Source of the DNA: Eledone cirrhosa
Lineage: Eukaryota
Length of the DNA: 64,000 bases
Assembly (NCBI GenBank): GCA_964016885.1
Contig: OZ024740.1
Span: 428,730,001-428,794,000, forward strand
Reading direction: 5' to 3'
The translations under genes and the position numbers were made by a program. The notes under the pieces were generated by a model. It was not told the DNA's origin and made no database searches. It was given only the letters and a program-made list of their open reading frames with translations. Below, piece by piece: positions 43,750 through 58,092 of the stretch (position 1 is its first letter; each line of letters opens with the position of its first letter).

Positions 43750-44354
43750 AATAATGATACTATTTATAGTTATGTATATACTATAAACAACTACAGGAAA
43801 GGTCAGTAATTTCCTACTACCTTATTATCAGTAAGAGAAATAGCTCAATGTAAGAACAGTAACTATCATCACATTACATCCACCATCATTTTTAATACAT
43901 TAACACATTTGCTTGGTATTTCATGTTATACCTTTGCCATACAGTATTTATTTATTTATATATACCTAATACATTTGCTTGCTTCCTTCTCATATATATG
44001 ACTAACGCATGTGCACTTTCTACACACGTGCATATCTACTGCTAGTGTCCTCATTCTTTCTCAATGCCTCTTTAATTATTAGACTATTCCCTTGTTTTAT
44101 CTGTCGCATGTATTCCACTCTGTGCTTTTAATTTTAATTTTAGTACAATTCTCGTATAATACATGTCGCATCCATTATACCCTGTTAATACGAAACTGTT
44201 GTTCACAACATCAATATATATGTATCTATATGATTGTTCAGTTGAATAGGAGGTTAATTATATGTACAAACATTGATAATGACTCCAAACGAAAGTTTGG
44301 AAGAAACGATTGTCAGCAATTAAATGATTTGAACATAACTTTGATAATTGTGTA

Positions 44355-44358
<4 letters not shown>
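43750..44358 (+). mobile_element. Solo, diverged pLTR related to the 4230-9062 element, preceded by its own inverted tail
   Basis: 44230-44356 resembles 8930-9058, including a decayed HHR (TCCAAAC gaaa GTTTGGA-aGAAA-CGATT-GTC-AGCAA). 43800-43860 resembles 4260-4320. Confidence 0.7.
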
Positions 44359-44431
<73 letters not shown>

Positions 44432-44437
<6 letters not shown>

Positions 44438-44530
44438 TTAGTTAAACAAAACAAGACCACATATCAATAATGATATATAATCATTTGATCCAGAAATATT
44501 ATATGGAGTAGCGAAACAATTGTAAACGGA

Positions 44531-44562
<32 letters not shown>

Positions 44563-44820
44563 TCTACATTCTTTACATCAAACTAAAATATGTTGACAAT
44601 CTTTTAATAATGTCTTCCTTGTGAAATCTGTGGTCTTGTTTTGCTTAACTAATGAATATTTCCAGCTCTGTGCACCTAACCTCTGCATGAACCTAGCCAC
44701 CTAGCTGCCTTCCACTGCGTATTGCACATTTAGCACATGCCTTTACGCTTTGGCTTCTAACTAATTCACCAATCTCTCCTTTCCCTTCAATCTCTCACTT
44801 TAAGATTGGTTACTCTTGAA

Positions 44821-44825
<5 letters not shown>
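44432..44825. mobile_element. pLTR-like element with ~28-bp inverted segments, between (TA)n tracts
   Basis: TATTCATTAGTTAAACAAAACAAGACCAC (44432) is inverted at 44630-44659. HHR 3' half GAAACAATTGTA at 44513. Confidence 0.5.
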
Positions 44826-44868
<43 letters not shown>

Positions 44869-44912
44869 AAAAGAATGAAACGAATGAAACATACATACTT
44901 ACATACACACTT

Positions 44913-44994
<82 letters not shown>

Positions 44995-45381
44995 CAATGA
45001 ATATCATACAACTAATATTTCAAGATGTTCACGGCTGCCTCGGGAGGATTAGGAACATCATTTAAATGAAAAGAACACGGTTGAAAACATGCTTTGACAA
45101 TATTTCCTGACATCAAATCGATGTTCTGACATTAGATCAATGTCATGACAAACTAGACAAGATTCAATGCTAAATTAGTTTTAACGTTGAGCTGCGACAT
45201 AATCGTAATACGTCTTTTAAGAATTGATGTCTTTTACATTTATTGTCGAGATATTTCATGTAATTTCTGTGCCATTTTCTTGACATTGTGATTCCCGTGG
45301 AAATTTATGTCAGCTTGTTTGAAATATATTTTTTTCTATCGAAACAACAGGTAAATCTGGGTCACTTTTCACAAATATTTG

Positions 45382-45990
45382 TATTACCTATAGCAAAATG
45401 GTGGTGGATTAGTAGTATCAGTAGAGCGTCGGGCAGCATGCTTTGTGGCATAGAGTTACGGCAATTTTACGTTCTGAGTTCAAATCCCACCGAGCTTAGC
45501 TTTGCCTTTCATCCTTACGAGGTCGATAAAATAAAGTACCATAACGCACTGGAGTCGATTTAATCGAAATTCCATTCTCCCAAACTCAGAAACCATTATT
45601 ACCTATAGCAGTGGTAAGGGCGCTGGATTGGCAGTATCGGTAGATGGTCGGACGCCATGCTTTGACGCATAGAGTTACGACCCTTGTTCTTCTGTGTTCA
45701 AACCCCGCCGAGGTTAACTTTCCTTACGGGGTCGATAAAATAAAGTGCCAGTAATGCACTGGGTTAATTGCTGGCCTTGTGCCAAAAGTAGTAACAATTA
45801 TTACCTATAGCATATTTTTCATCGCTGGAATTGCAGAATCGTCCGAGCCTAGAATTAGTTTCTGTGATCAATGTTTTAAGTGTAAATCCTACCAATATCA
45901 ACATTGTCTTTCATCATTCTAGGATCGATAAAATATATTATAAGTGAAGTACTGAGGTTGATTTCATCGATTGTCCCCTTCCCCCAAAGT
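45382..45990 (+). mobile_element. Three tandem SINE family A copies
   Basis: TATTACCTATAGCA repeated at 45382, 45597 and 45799. Confidence 0.88.
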
Positions 45991-46129
45991 TCTGACATTA
46001 TTGTTTCTATCCGAATAAGATCTATATCACTTTAAATATCTTTCCTGGTGGTAGGGGAGGGTGGTGGTTGGGGTGGGTGGAGGTAATTGGCTGATGGGTT
46101 TAAAGAAAAGGGAATTCTTTAAAAGCTTA

Positions 46130-46700
46130 ATTTTCATTTATGTATCAACGTTTATATAGAATCATTAGAACATCTGACTGATAAAATGACAAGTCAGTCA
46201 ATCATATTGGTGACCTCCCCACAGCCCCCGGCGGACAGGATGGAGAAGGCGTTTCCCCGGTGGACGGCAAGGGAGACGCGCTAGAAAAGCCATTCCAGCT
46301 CGCGAGGCTCACACCTGCGGCTGGCCAGCTCAGCGCCTATGGTGGGGAGTAGGGAGGTAGCCCTAGGGCCGAGGACACCAGAAGTCTCCACTGCCAAGAG
46401 TACAACCGCAAACCTGTCGGAGAACGACCGGTATTTGAAGAGTTTGGCCTCTTCAGCCCGACGTGCAGCAGAACCCGGGTTAGTCACAGACTGCACCAGG
46501 TTGCGGCTGCAGAAAGTGTCGGTGCAAGTGGCATCCAAGAAGAGTGGTTTCCCACCGCGGAACAGGAAGATGGTCATACCGTCTGGCCTTTTACCGTCCC
46601 CTCGGTTCAGCCCCAACGGATTGAGCTGGGAAGGGAAGCCTGCAGCGTCCAAGCCATGCTTAATGACCTCGTTGAGGGCAGCATGGTGTGGAAGGCACTG
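46130..46700 (-). mobile_element. 3' fragment of CRE-clade LINE (restriction-like endonuclease)
   Basis: HAALNEVIK...DGKRPDGMT...GKPLFLDATCTDT...EEAKLFKY...AVETSGVLGP...*RVSLAVHRGNAFSI. Confidence 0.85.
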
Positions 46701-47139
46701 TGGAGACAGGAAAGCGGGTGGAGGCCGAAAGAGTCCGTGGTTGATCCACAGCGACATTGGTGTGGCTCTAGTTGTGTGTTTCTTTAGTCCTTTAGGAATT
46801 TGTTATTGCTGATGTCTCTGTCCCCTTTTGTCGTGCCCTAAACAATTGGTCAGGTCCTTTCCTTTCCAATTTCTTTGGATTATATTTGAAGAGAAAATCT
46901 TTATCACAAAAGTAACATATTCGGACTAAAGGTATTTCAGCTTTATTGTCGGCCAACCAACCAATGGAGGGAGAACCTTTCACAAGTGAAATATTTCCCT
47001 TTCTGCTAGTTATCAACAGAACTACCCTCCCGCTCTTAATGCGGACAAGACATGGTTATTGAGAGAAAGGATATTTATAGCAACACCAACAAACCCCTGA
47101 ACAAAGACTGTATCAGTAACACGTCCAACAGCATTGAGG

Positions 47140-47692
47140 GCAGTAACTTTGTCATTCATCTCTACGAGGTCGATAAAATAAAGTACCTGTAACGCACTGG
47201 GGTCGATTTAATCAATTTTCTCCTTCCCCTCAAATTGCTGACCTTGTGCCAAATATAGAAACAATTATTATTATTGCTATTATTGGACTGGCATTATTGG
47301 TAGAGGTTCGGGTGCCATGCTTTGCAGATAGGGTTACAGCCCTTTACGTTCTAGCTCAAATCCCACCGAGGTTAACTTTGCCTTTCATCCTTACGGAGTT
47401 GATAAAATAAAGTACCAGTAATACACTGGGATGATTGCTGGCCTTGTGCCAAAAGTAGAAACAATTATTTGGATTGGCAGTATCGGTAGAGCGTCGGACA
47501 ACATGTTTCGCGGCATATTGTTACACCCCATTAGGTTTTGAGTTCAAATCCCACCGAGGTTAGCTTTGCCTTTCATCCTTTCGGGGTCGATGAAATAAAA
47601 CACCAGTAATACACTGGGGTCGATATAATCGACTTTCTCCTCCCTCCAAAATTGCTGGCCTTGTGCCTATAGAAGAAATCATTATTATTATC
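47140..47692 (+). mobile_element. Three tandem SINE family A copies
   Basis: Conserved body repeated at ~47150, 47375 and 47563. Confidence 0.88.
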
Positions 47693-48228
47693 ATTATTGC
47701 AGCAGAGATCAAATATTAATAAATCACAACGGATATGGAATGCTACCATACGTCTTATGTCTAATAGGTTCTGGTGTGATGCCAATTGATGATTTGCCAA
47801 ATTTAACTGTCTCTCTATTGATTTTAAAATTTTAGCATTTTAATTATATATAAATATCTTTTTGTTTATGTAATATTCTATTATATAAATATATTTGCCT
47901 AATATGTAAATGTCTTCACTACATTGCGTCTGATTATATCTCCAATCACATTGGGCACTCTCTCTACCTCTTACATTAAACAGAACGTTTTTTTGTTTGT
48001 TTTTTTCGAACTTCAGATATATTCCCGGCCTCTGTCTTTGTACGTCCACAAAATAAGGGAAAGGTTTTTCTTTTGTACTTAATCACTGGCTGTCTAAGTC
48101 GTTCAATATATTCAGATTTCATAAATAAATACTTCTTCTTGTGGTTTATATATATATATATATATATATATTTAGGTTTGAAGGTTCACCACTGGATAGA
48201 GCTGGTCATTCCGTATGGTCAATCTTGA

Positions 48229-48794
48229 TGTAATAATATGGAGAGTACTCAACGTAAAGCAGCTCAACCGTCTTCTTTTGTGTAGTTGGTGGTGCGAGTA
48301 CGGAGTTAAATATTATAATAAAATAACAGGACGCTGGACTTATATAAATCGTTGAAAGGTTTATTATACTATGATCATTTCAATGACCGCGTTCCGTATG
48401 AATCCGGTGATATCATCAGGTATTCGAAATATAATAAATGAATGTAACAGATATAATCCTGGGCTGAAAATGATAGACCCGAGGACGACCGACCATCTAG
48501 CATCTTCCACTTTAGCCGGTCGCCCTCACTTGAGATGGCGTAGGACAGAACAAAGGAGAGGCACAAAACAAAGAAAAGAATCCCCAGTCACTGAAGAAGT
48601 CACAGAATGTGTGACGAAAGAACTTTGACTATATATGAACAACCTTCCGGTTGTGGAACCAACGAACCAACCGGAAATTTATAATTTTTTTTTTTTAAAT
48701 GAAAAAAAAAATTGTTTAATTTATAATAAATTGGAGTGAAAGCAGCTGGTGCGTGTGTTTCTTATTGGCAACATGACCCTCCCAAAGTATAACA
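48229..48794 (-). mobile_element. LTR/pLTR-like element with decayed hammerhead
   Basis: Ends TGTTATA...TATTACA. CTGATGA-TAT..ATAc-GGAA-CGCG-GTC (48419-48385), then AATAAA. 48617-48794 matches the arms of 54706-55012. Confidence 0.5.
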
Positions 48795-48885
48795 AGCTCT
48801 CTCTATATATATATATATTTAAGTTATCCCGGGTTGAATCGGGGATAACCACAGTAAGGTTCACAATACATAGCAAAGTACAAAT

Positions 48886-48942
<57 letters not shown>

Positions 48943-49057
48943 TATTCTATTATAAGTTGAGCCAACTTATGCAGCTTCATATGCAAATGAGATTAATCAC
49001 CTCATTTACACAGAAGAGAAAACTATATATTCTCGACTGTTTTCAAGCCCAGCAGTT

Positions 49058-49128
49058 GCAAGGGGTGGGAGGGACCATCCTGATGAAGGCCAGTCAAGCC
49101 TGAAATGCATAGACGGTTGTCCCCTTGC
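49058..49128 (+). ncRNA. Type I hammerhead ribozyme with extended helix I
   Basis: GCAAGGGG...ACCATC-CTGATGA-AGGC cagtcaa GCCT-GAAA-TGC-ATA-GACGGT...CCCCTTGC. Confidence 0.85.
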
Positions 49129-49349
49129 TTCTGCCAAACACCACCAGATGGCGTTAGCCCCCGGTGTTTGCTTAGCTACGGCTTCCTAAATGTTTCCTGT
49201 AGACATACCGTGTTTCTTTAAAAATACGAAATTTCTATCCGTATATATATAAACAAGAAGCTATTAAGCTAATCATCGCCTCTCAAATGCAGCATAATGA
49301 GAAATAAAAAAATAAAATGGTGTTGAAAAAATAAAAGGTTTTTCCCGTA

Positions 49350-50065
49350 TATATCTATCTAGGGCGGGTAAAATTCCCGAGATCCATGGACGAGTTCTCT
49401 CCAGCGGTCTCTGTCCCTCATTATCTCTGCTATGTCCTGCATTGCCAAGAGACCAGTGTCTGTCCTTAGGACATCAACATATGTTAAGCTCGGTCTTCCT
49501 CTTCCAGTGTGTCCATTCAGGGGCTTCCACAGAAGCACTGAGTGCAATGTCAACTCTGGATGTCGGTGAGCATGTCCAGCTAACCTCAGTCTCCTCTGTG
49601 TCACTTACGAGCTGACTTTTGGGAGGCTTCCGTACAACTCTGAGTTCTTCATCCTCAGTGTATACTGATTAATGTTTAGAGTCATCCTCAGTATTCTCGT
49701 GTAGCACCCATCCACCATCTGAGTGAATTTCTTGGTCAGTGTCCAAGTCTCAGACTCGTACAACAGCGCAGACTCCACTACAGCAACGAAGAGACGGATC
49801 TTCAGGCCTTTGAAGCTAGGACCGTCCTACCTGAAGAAGATCTTGCAGGTTTATGGAATCCCCAAGAAGATAGTGGACCTGATATCACTGCTCTACACCA
49901 ACACCAAAGCCCAAGTGATTATACCTGATGAGATGACAGAATTCTTTGAGGTACTGGCTGGAGTGCTCCAGGGAGATACATTGGCTCCCTACCTTTTTAT
50001 CATCGTAGTGGACTATTGTATGCGCCTTGCACTGGAGAAACACCAGCACTCTGGCTTTACTGTAA
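49350..50065. mobile_element. RTE/RTE-X LINE fragment with inverted 5' part
   Basis: Minus 49359-49810: RRLRLAGHAHRH...GRGRP. Plus 49830-50060: YGIP...GVLQGDTLAPYLFIIVVD (RT). Confidence 0.85.
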
Positions 50066-50073
50066 CACACACC

Positions 50074-50140
<67 letters not shown>

Positions 50141-50148
<8 letters not shown>

Positions 50149-50450
50149 ATACAAGATCAAAAGATGGTTAAAAGAGTTCCATGTATTTTATTATGCGCAT
50201 TTCAAAAACAAATATCATCAGGGGATAATATTTGCGTTCTCATCAGATAAAATAGGGAGATATGATATGAAGCTTAAAAAACACTTGCGAGCAGTGAAGT
50301 GTGAAATCTACATGTTTTTTAAGCTTCATATCATGTCTCCCTATTTTATCTGATGAGAACGCAAATATCATCCCATGATGCTATTTGATTTTGAAATGCG
50401 CATAGTAAAATACATGCAACTCTTTTAACCATCTTTTGATCTTATATTAT
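50141..50450. mobile_element. Non-coding fold-back element with hammerheads on both strands (family Y)
   Basis: 50141-50283 is inverted relative to 50312-50450. Confidence 0.85.
50342..50412 (+). ncRNA. Type I hammerhead ribozyme (inverse copy 50185-50253, - strand)
   Basis: TATTTTAT-CTGATGA-GAAc gCAAATAtCATc..ATGcTATTTGaTTTT-GAAA-TGCGC-ATA-GTAAAATA. Confidence 0.85.
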
Positions 50451-50529
50451 TTATACTCCAGTCCTATAAACTGTTGAGTGCTACTTATCCGATATTTGCA
50501 TTGCTTTATTGTGCTCCAATAAAACTCAC

Positions 50530-51291
<762 letters not shown>

Positions 51292-52920
51292 CTGCTATAT
51301 TTCCTTATCTTTTTTGTTTAGGTTCATTTTGATTACCATCATCATTATTATTATTAGTTTTTTACAGCTTTTCGATTTTAGTTTCCATAGTCTTTTGGCT
51401 ACCATACCCTATCTATCTTCTTAAGCATTATTATAGTTTCACTACTAACACCTTATGAGTTTATATCTTATTAAATACTTTGTTTGGAGTCTCATTCAAC
51501 TAATGAACCTCCTCCTCTACACACTTAATATCCGCCCCTTCTATTATACTATATATAAATTTCACCTTTATGCTCCTTTTTATGATATTATATAATATAT
51601 TGTTTTTACTTGTATGCTCCTTCCTATCCTCCATAACCTCTCTTCTTTCTGTTCCCATTGGTCTACCATAGTTCTATTTAGAGTCCTTTTATTTGATAAC
51701 GTTATTCGACTGAACGGAGCTTATTTTACTCTATTCTTGATAATTTTATTGAGATATCTTAAACTTATACGATTTTGATGACTTAAACACTACCCAATTT
51801 TGAAGTGACTAAATATGTATTTTAAATACTTTTAATATTAAATAATTTAAAAAGGTTTTCTAGTCAACTCTCCGGTTTACGTTTCTATCTTTTTTCTTTT
51901 ACTTAACCGCTTGTGACACCTAAGTAAATATACTTGTTTTTGTTTTTCGATCTTCGGTTTATTTAATTTATTTTTTTACTACCACACGCTGTCTGTCTGA
52001 TCATGTAATTTCATTAATATATGTCTGTGTATGTCAACCACGTAAATATATATTAAGCATTTCCTTACACTCTGTTTGCTATTTGATATTAACGTTGTTA
52101 TATCATATCATTTTTATGTAATCGTATTATAGATTTTAATATATGTCGGTTATTTGAGGTACTGTTCTGTTATATTTTGTAATATTTTGTGATATTTTGG
52201 TAATATTTATGCCAATGTAAAATGACTTGACCTCCGTGTATTAGTTACAATGGTATAGATATTTTTTCTACACAATCTTTTCAACGCAATTTAGTTCTGT
52301 ATGATTTTTTTCTTACCCTGTATAAAATTTTATACTATTTGTTAACCTTGAATTATATATATGATGTAATTTTGTATATCTTTTGATGCCAATATATTAT
52401 AATATTGTTATTATAATGTTATTATAATGTTTTTATATTGTTTATGCACACTGACAGGGAATTATATATTATATTTTATTTTTATTTTTATCTTTATTCT
52501 TATTTTTATCTTTATTATATTATACTGTAAACAATATATATATATATATATTTAAATACTTAATAAGTGTTAGTTTGTGTTTGTACTAATGTGTATATGT
52601 ATAGATATATATATATACATATATTAAGCTTTTTATTATCACCATCTATTATATTATATTATATTCTATATCGTACTGTAATTCTCGCATTATATTATCA
52701 TTTGTGTTTCAAGTTTTTGCATTATACAATATTTGCAATGTGGGTTCAACATGTTAATCACTTCCTTGCTATTTGGTCTATATCTATGTTTGTAACTGCT
52801 CACTCTTAATCTTAGCCAACTTTTCCTTGATATCTTTCCTAAGCTTTAATAGATGTATACTACATATTCTTCTGAGTTTTTTGTTTGTATTGGCCGATAG
52901 TGCTTCTTGTAGCTTTACTT

Positions 52921-52958
52921 ACCCTGATGAGTCCTTAATAGGACGAAACATTGTTGGC
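52921..52958 (+). ncRNA. Minimal type I hammerhead ribozyme
   Basis: CC-CTGATGA-GTCC ttaata GGAC-GAAA-CATT-GTT-GG; AATAAA at 52960. Confidence 0.85.
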
Positions 52959-53107
52959 TAATAAAGACTTTTGATGTATTGAAGGCTTCTTTGGTTTATT
53001 TTTTATAATTCTTCGGCTCTGTTTAATTACATTGAGCTATATCTTATACTGTCATTTCTATAATATGAAGAGGGTGTTTAACTCCAACACACTCTAGTAT
53101 TTTAATT

Positions 53108-53188
<81 letters not shown>

Positions 53189-53345
53189 GAAAGTGGACAG
53201 GAACTTAAATACATACACATTCATATACACAGATATATATGCACTCAAAAAAATACATGCATATATACCTATACAGACATACACATATATATATATACGT
53301 AAACATACATATACATCTGCATACATATATACATACATATATACG

Positions 53346-53418
<73 letters not shown>

Positions 53419-53571
53419 AGAATATTTTCGAAACAGCGAGTGGGTTTGAAATTATTATAAATATAAGCTATCGCCGTATTTTGACTAAAGAATTTAAAGA
53501 AATTATTTAGCCTGATAGTGGGGTTAAGAACCCTCGGAGAAATGGAAAAAGATGAGTATTGACGTACAGGT

Positions 53572-54272
53572 ACAAGGAGAAAGGGAGAGTAAGGATAAAA
53601 GGAGAGCAAGGAGAACAAGGAGAGTAAAGATAAAAGGAGAGCAAGTAGAACAAAGAGAGCAAGGAGAGCAAGGAGAACAAGGAGACCAAGGAGAACAGGA
53701 GAACAAGGACAACAATGAGAAAAGGAGAGCAAGGAAAGTAAGAAAGCAAATATAAAATGAGAGCAGGTAGAGCAATGAGAAAAGGAGAGCAAAGAGAGCA
53801 AAGAATAAAAGGTGAGCAAGGATAAAAGGAGAGCAAGGGGAGCAATGAGAAAAACAGAGTAAGGAGAGCAAGGAGAAAAGGAGAACAATGAGAGCAAGGA
53901 GAGCAAGGAGAGCAAGGAGAGCAAGGAGAGCAAGGAAAGCAATGAGAAAAGGAGAGTAAGGAGAAAAGGAGAACAATGAGAGCAAGGAGAGCAAAGAATG
54001 CAATGAGAAAATGAGAGCAAGGAAAGCAATGATAAAAGGAGAGCAAGGAGAGCAATGAGAAAGGGAGAGCAAGGAGAGCAAGGAAAGCAATGAGAAAAGC
54101 AGAGCAAGGAGAGCAATGAGAAAAGGAGAGCAAGGAGAGCGATGAGAAAAGGAGAGCAAGGAGAGCAAGGAAAGCAATGAGAAAAGCAGAACAAGGATAG
54201 CAATGAGAAAAGGAGAGCAAGGAGAGCAATGAGAAAAGGAGAGCAAGGAGAGCAATGAGAAAGGGTGAGCAA
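53572..54272. repeat. Purine-rich minisatellite built on GGAGAGCAA / TGAGAAAA units
   Basis: Direct reading. Confidence 0.93.
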
Positions 54273-54494
54273 ATATTGAAAGAAATATGAAAATGATTGA
54301 GATATCACTTTTGAACAGAATTAATCGTTGCGTAATCTATGTTTCAACTTCAAGGCGTTTGAGGGTCGCCTAACAGTTGTCCATTGAGCTGAGATGTTGC
54401 ACACCCTGAGCTTTTGTTGATTGGAACAAGAGTAGTGGGTGGGTGCAGCGAACTTTGAATTTGGGAAAATTACCTATTGCTAACGACCACCCTA

Positions 54495-54601
<107 letters not shown>

Positions 54602-54611
54602 TGTGTGTGTA

Positions 54612-54652
<41 letters not shown>

Positions 54653-54705
54653 TTTCTGAATTTGTTTAGCAAGATTCTTTATCTGAAAACGTGTGTTGAA
54701 ACCGA

Positions 54706-55012
54706 TATTGTTACACTTTGGGAGGGTCATGTTGCCAATAAGAAACACACGCACCAGTTGCTTTCACTTCAATTTATTATAAATTTTATTTATAAATTTA
54801 AGAAATTTGTAAATTTCCGGTTGGTTGGTTGGTTGGTTGGTTCCATAACCGGACGGTTGTTCATATATTGTCAAAGTTCTTGTGGAACCAACCAACCAAC
54901 CGGAAATTTACAAATTTCTTAAATTTATAAATTTAATTTATAATAAATTGGAGTGAAAGCAACTGGTGAGTGTGTTTTTATTGGCAACATGACCCTTCCA
55001 AAGTGTAACAAT
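54706..55012. mobile_element. Fold-back (MITE-like) element with ~135-bp arms
   Basis: TATTGTTACACTTTGGGAGGG...CCCTTCCAAAGTGTAACAATA; related to 48617-48794. Confidence 0.8.
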
Positions 55013-55319
55013 ATATATATATATGAATAAAAAATGGCGAGCTGTGTTGTTGCATATAAGTATAATGAAAAATGAAAAATTAGAAATAGAAGTTAGGACT
55101 ATCCATCATCAGTTGTCTATGAGGCATCATAGGTATTTCTTCGCGTTAGAGACAATATACCTCTGCCTAGGGAGATTCAATAACTAAAGTAAGAGGAAGA
55201 GGAGAGAGAGAAGGGGAGGAAGGAAGAGGATAGCAGCAAGGGAAGAGAAAAAAGACAGATCACATATATGAATAAAAAATGCATATATGAATAAAAAATG
55301 GCGACCAACAACACAGCTA

Positions 55320-55510
55320 TTTTATTCCATTTGTATTCCCATTTCAGGGTCAACTTATTTTCAAAGAATTTTCCCATCATGCGCCGTTTTGGCTGTATTA
55401 AATTACAGACAAGCACACAATTTGTAATTTAATACAGCCGAAACGGCGCATGATGGGAATATACTTTGAAAAGAAGTTGACCCTGAAATGGGAATACAAA
55501 TGGAATAAAA
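55320..55510. repeat. ~85-bp-arm hairpin, possibly within a Helitron-like element ending at ~55920
   Basis: 55320-55405 is inverted relative to 55422-55510. A downstream small hairpin CGTGACCCgatGGGTCGCG (55891-55909) is followed by ...TATAGT. Confidence 0.65.
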
Positions 55511-55646
55511 CAAGTTTCGTGTAAATCGGAGCACGGGTTCCTGAGATACGCGGTTTTTCCGGGTAGCTTCATAAATAGAGAGAGAGATAGATAGAGAGAA
55601 AGAGATAGTGGTTGTGGGAGAGTAGATTGAAAGCGAGACGTGTCTG

Positions 55647-55839
55647 CGGTGGATTGGCAGTATCGGTAGAGGGTCGGACGCCATGCTTTCCAGCATAGTT
55701 ACGTCCCTTTACGATCTGAGTTCAAATCCCGCCGAGGTTGACTTTGCCTTTCATCCTTACGGGGTCGATGAAATAAAGTACCAGTAATACACTGGTTAAT
55801 TGCTGGCCTTGTGTCAAAAGTAGAAACAATTATTATTAT
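55647..55839 (+). mobile_element. SINE family A, full length
   Basis: A/B boxes, body and (ATT)n tail. Confidence 0.92.
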
Positions 55840-56002
55840 TTAAGAATTATTTTTAAGTGAAGTTGATTTTTAAAAATATTTTTAAGAGAACGTGACCCGA
55901 TGGGTCGCGCGTGGTATAGTATATATATATATATAAACACACAAATGCATACACACATATATATATATATATATAAACACACAAACACATACACACATAT
56001 AT

Positions 56003-56325
56003 AAATCGAGTCACTCCGTCGGTTACAACGATGAGTGTTCCAGTTGATACGCTCAACGGAACAGACTACTCGTGAAATTAACATTCAAGTGGTTGTGCAT
56101 TCCATAGACACGCGTAGCCTTTATGTAGTTCTCAGGGAGATTCAGTGTGACACAGGGTGTGACAAGGCTGGTCCTTCTAATTACAGGTACAACTCATTTT
56201 TACCAGCTGAATTGACACTGGCGCAACGTGAAATAAAGTGTCTTGCTCAAGCTCACAACGTGCCGCCAGGAATCGAACTCACAACCTTACGATTGTAAGC
56301 CGAATACCCTAACCACGCACTTTCA
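56003..56325 (-). mobile_element. SINE family B variant
   Basis: B-box GAGTTCGATTCC, then TTGAGCAAGACACTTTATTTCACG. Confidence 0.82.
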
Positions 56326-56386
56326 CACAAATAAATACACATATAAACACACACACACACACATATATATATAAATAAACACACAG

Positions 56387-56438
<52 letters not shown>

Positions 56439-58092
56439 TCTATATTATATTTTGAGAATAAACTCTCAGTCGTTTACAATAAATCAGCTCCAAGAAAGGG
56501 GCATTTCCGAGCAGTTAAATACATTAATATATATGATAAACACAAAACGTGTTTGCATTGTAACAGACAAAGTTAGCTATTAATGAAATAAACTAATTAA
56601 AATGAATACAATTTGTCTGTCTCGATATAAATCAATAAAGACAAGCTTATATTGGCAAAGGCCGTGATTCCTGGACAAATTTAAATTTCAAAATCCAAAC
56701 CCGCTCCGTAGATGAATTTGAACCTCGAAACCTAAATATGTTTCGCAACGATGGTACATGAATTGAAAAATAAAAAGAATCGAAATGGAATTGAAATAAA
56801 AAGTGAAATATCCAAATATTCTGTGCTTATCAACAGGAATCCAGTAAAATTAGTACATTCCAACATCAAAAATTTTGCAGGTCTGACTACACGTGTGTAG
56901 TCAGGCCAAACTAGCCGTCCCGCATTCCCGGTGCTAGAAATAACAGCCGTTTATGCGGGATTAAAGATCAGCTCTACAGTTAAGGAGCAATATACTATAT
57001 TATATTTTGAGAATAAACTCTCAGTCGTTTACAAAAACAGCTCCAAGAAAGGGGCATTTCCGAGCAGTTAAATACATTAATATATATGATAAACACAAAA
57101 CGTGTTTGCATTGTAACAGACAAAGTTAGCTATTAATGAAATAAACTAAGTTTGGCTGGCTACACACGTGTAGTCAGACCTGCAACATTTTTGATGGTGG
57201 AATGTACTAAGTTTACTGGGTTCCTGTTGATAAGCACAGAAGATTTGGATATTTCACTTTTTATTTCAATTCCATTTCGATTCTTTTTATTTTTCAATTC
57301 ATGTACCATCGTTGCGAAACATATTTAGGTTTCGAGGTTCAAATTCATCTACGGAGTGGGTTTGGATTTTGAAATTTAGATTTGTCCAGGAATCACGGCC
57401 TTTGCCAATATAAGCTTGTCTTTATTGACTTATATCGAGACAGACAAATTGTATTCACTTTAATTAGTTTATTTCATTAATAGCTATCTTTGTCTGTTAC
57501 AATGCAAACACGTTTTGTGTTTATCATATATATTAATGTATTTAACTGCTCAGAAATGCCCCTTTCTTGGAGCTGGTTTATTGTAAACGACTGAGAGTTT
57601 ATTCTCAAAATATAATATAGTATATTGCTCCTTAACTGTAGAGCTGATCTTTAATCCCGCATAAACGGCTGTTATTTCTAGCACCGGGAATGCGGGACGG
57701 CTATTTGGCCTGGCTACACACGTGTAGTCAGACCTGCAAAATTTTTGATGGTGGAATGTACTAAGTTTACTGGGTTCCTGTTGATAAGCACAGAAGATTT
57801 GAATATTTCACTTTTTATTCCAATTCCATTTCGATTCTTTTTATTTTTCAATTAATGTACCATCGTTGCGAAACATATTTAGGTTTCGAGGTTCAAATTC
57901 ATCTACGGAGCGGGTTTGGATTTTGAAATTTAGATTTGTCCAGGAATCACGGCCTTTGCCAATATAAGCTTGTCTTTATTGACTTATATCGAGACAGACA
58001 AATTGTATTCACTTTAATTAGTTTATTTCATTAATAGCTAACTTTGTCTGTTACAATGCAAACACGTTTTGTGTTTATCATATATATTAATG

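Noticed and set aside
46792-47016. C2H2 zinc-finger-like CYFCDKDF peptide
   Set aside because: No His ligands and only a single short ORF; cannot be supported.
53205-54308. Leu/Ser-rich membrane-like ORFs
   Set aside because: Antisense translation of a purine-rich minisatellite plus (TA)n.
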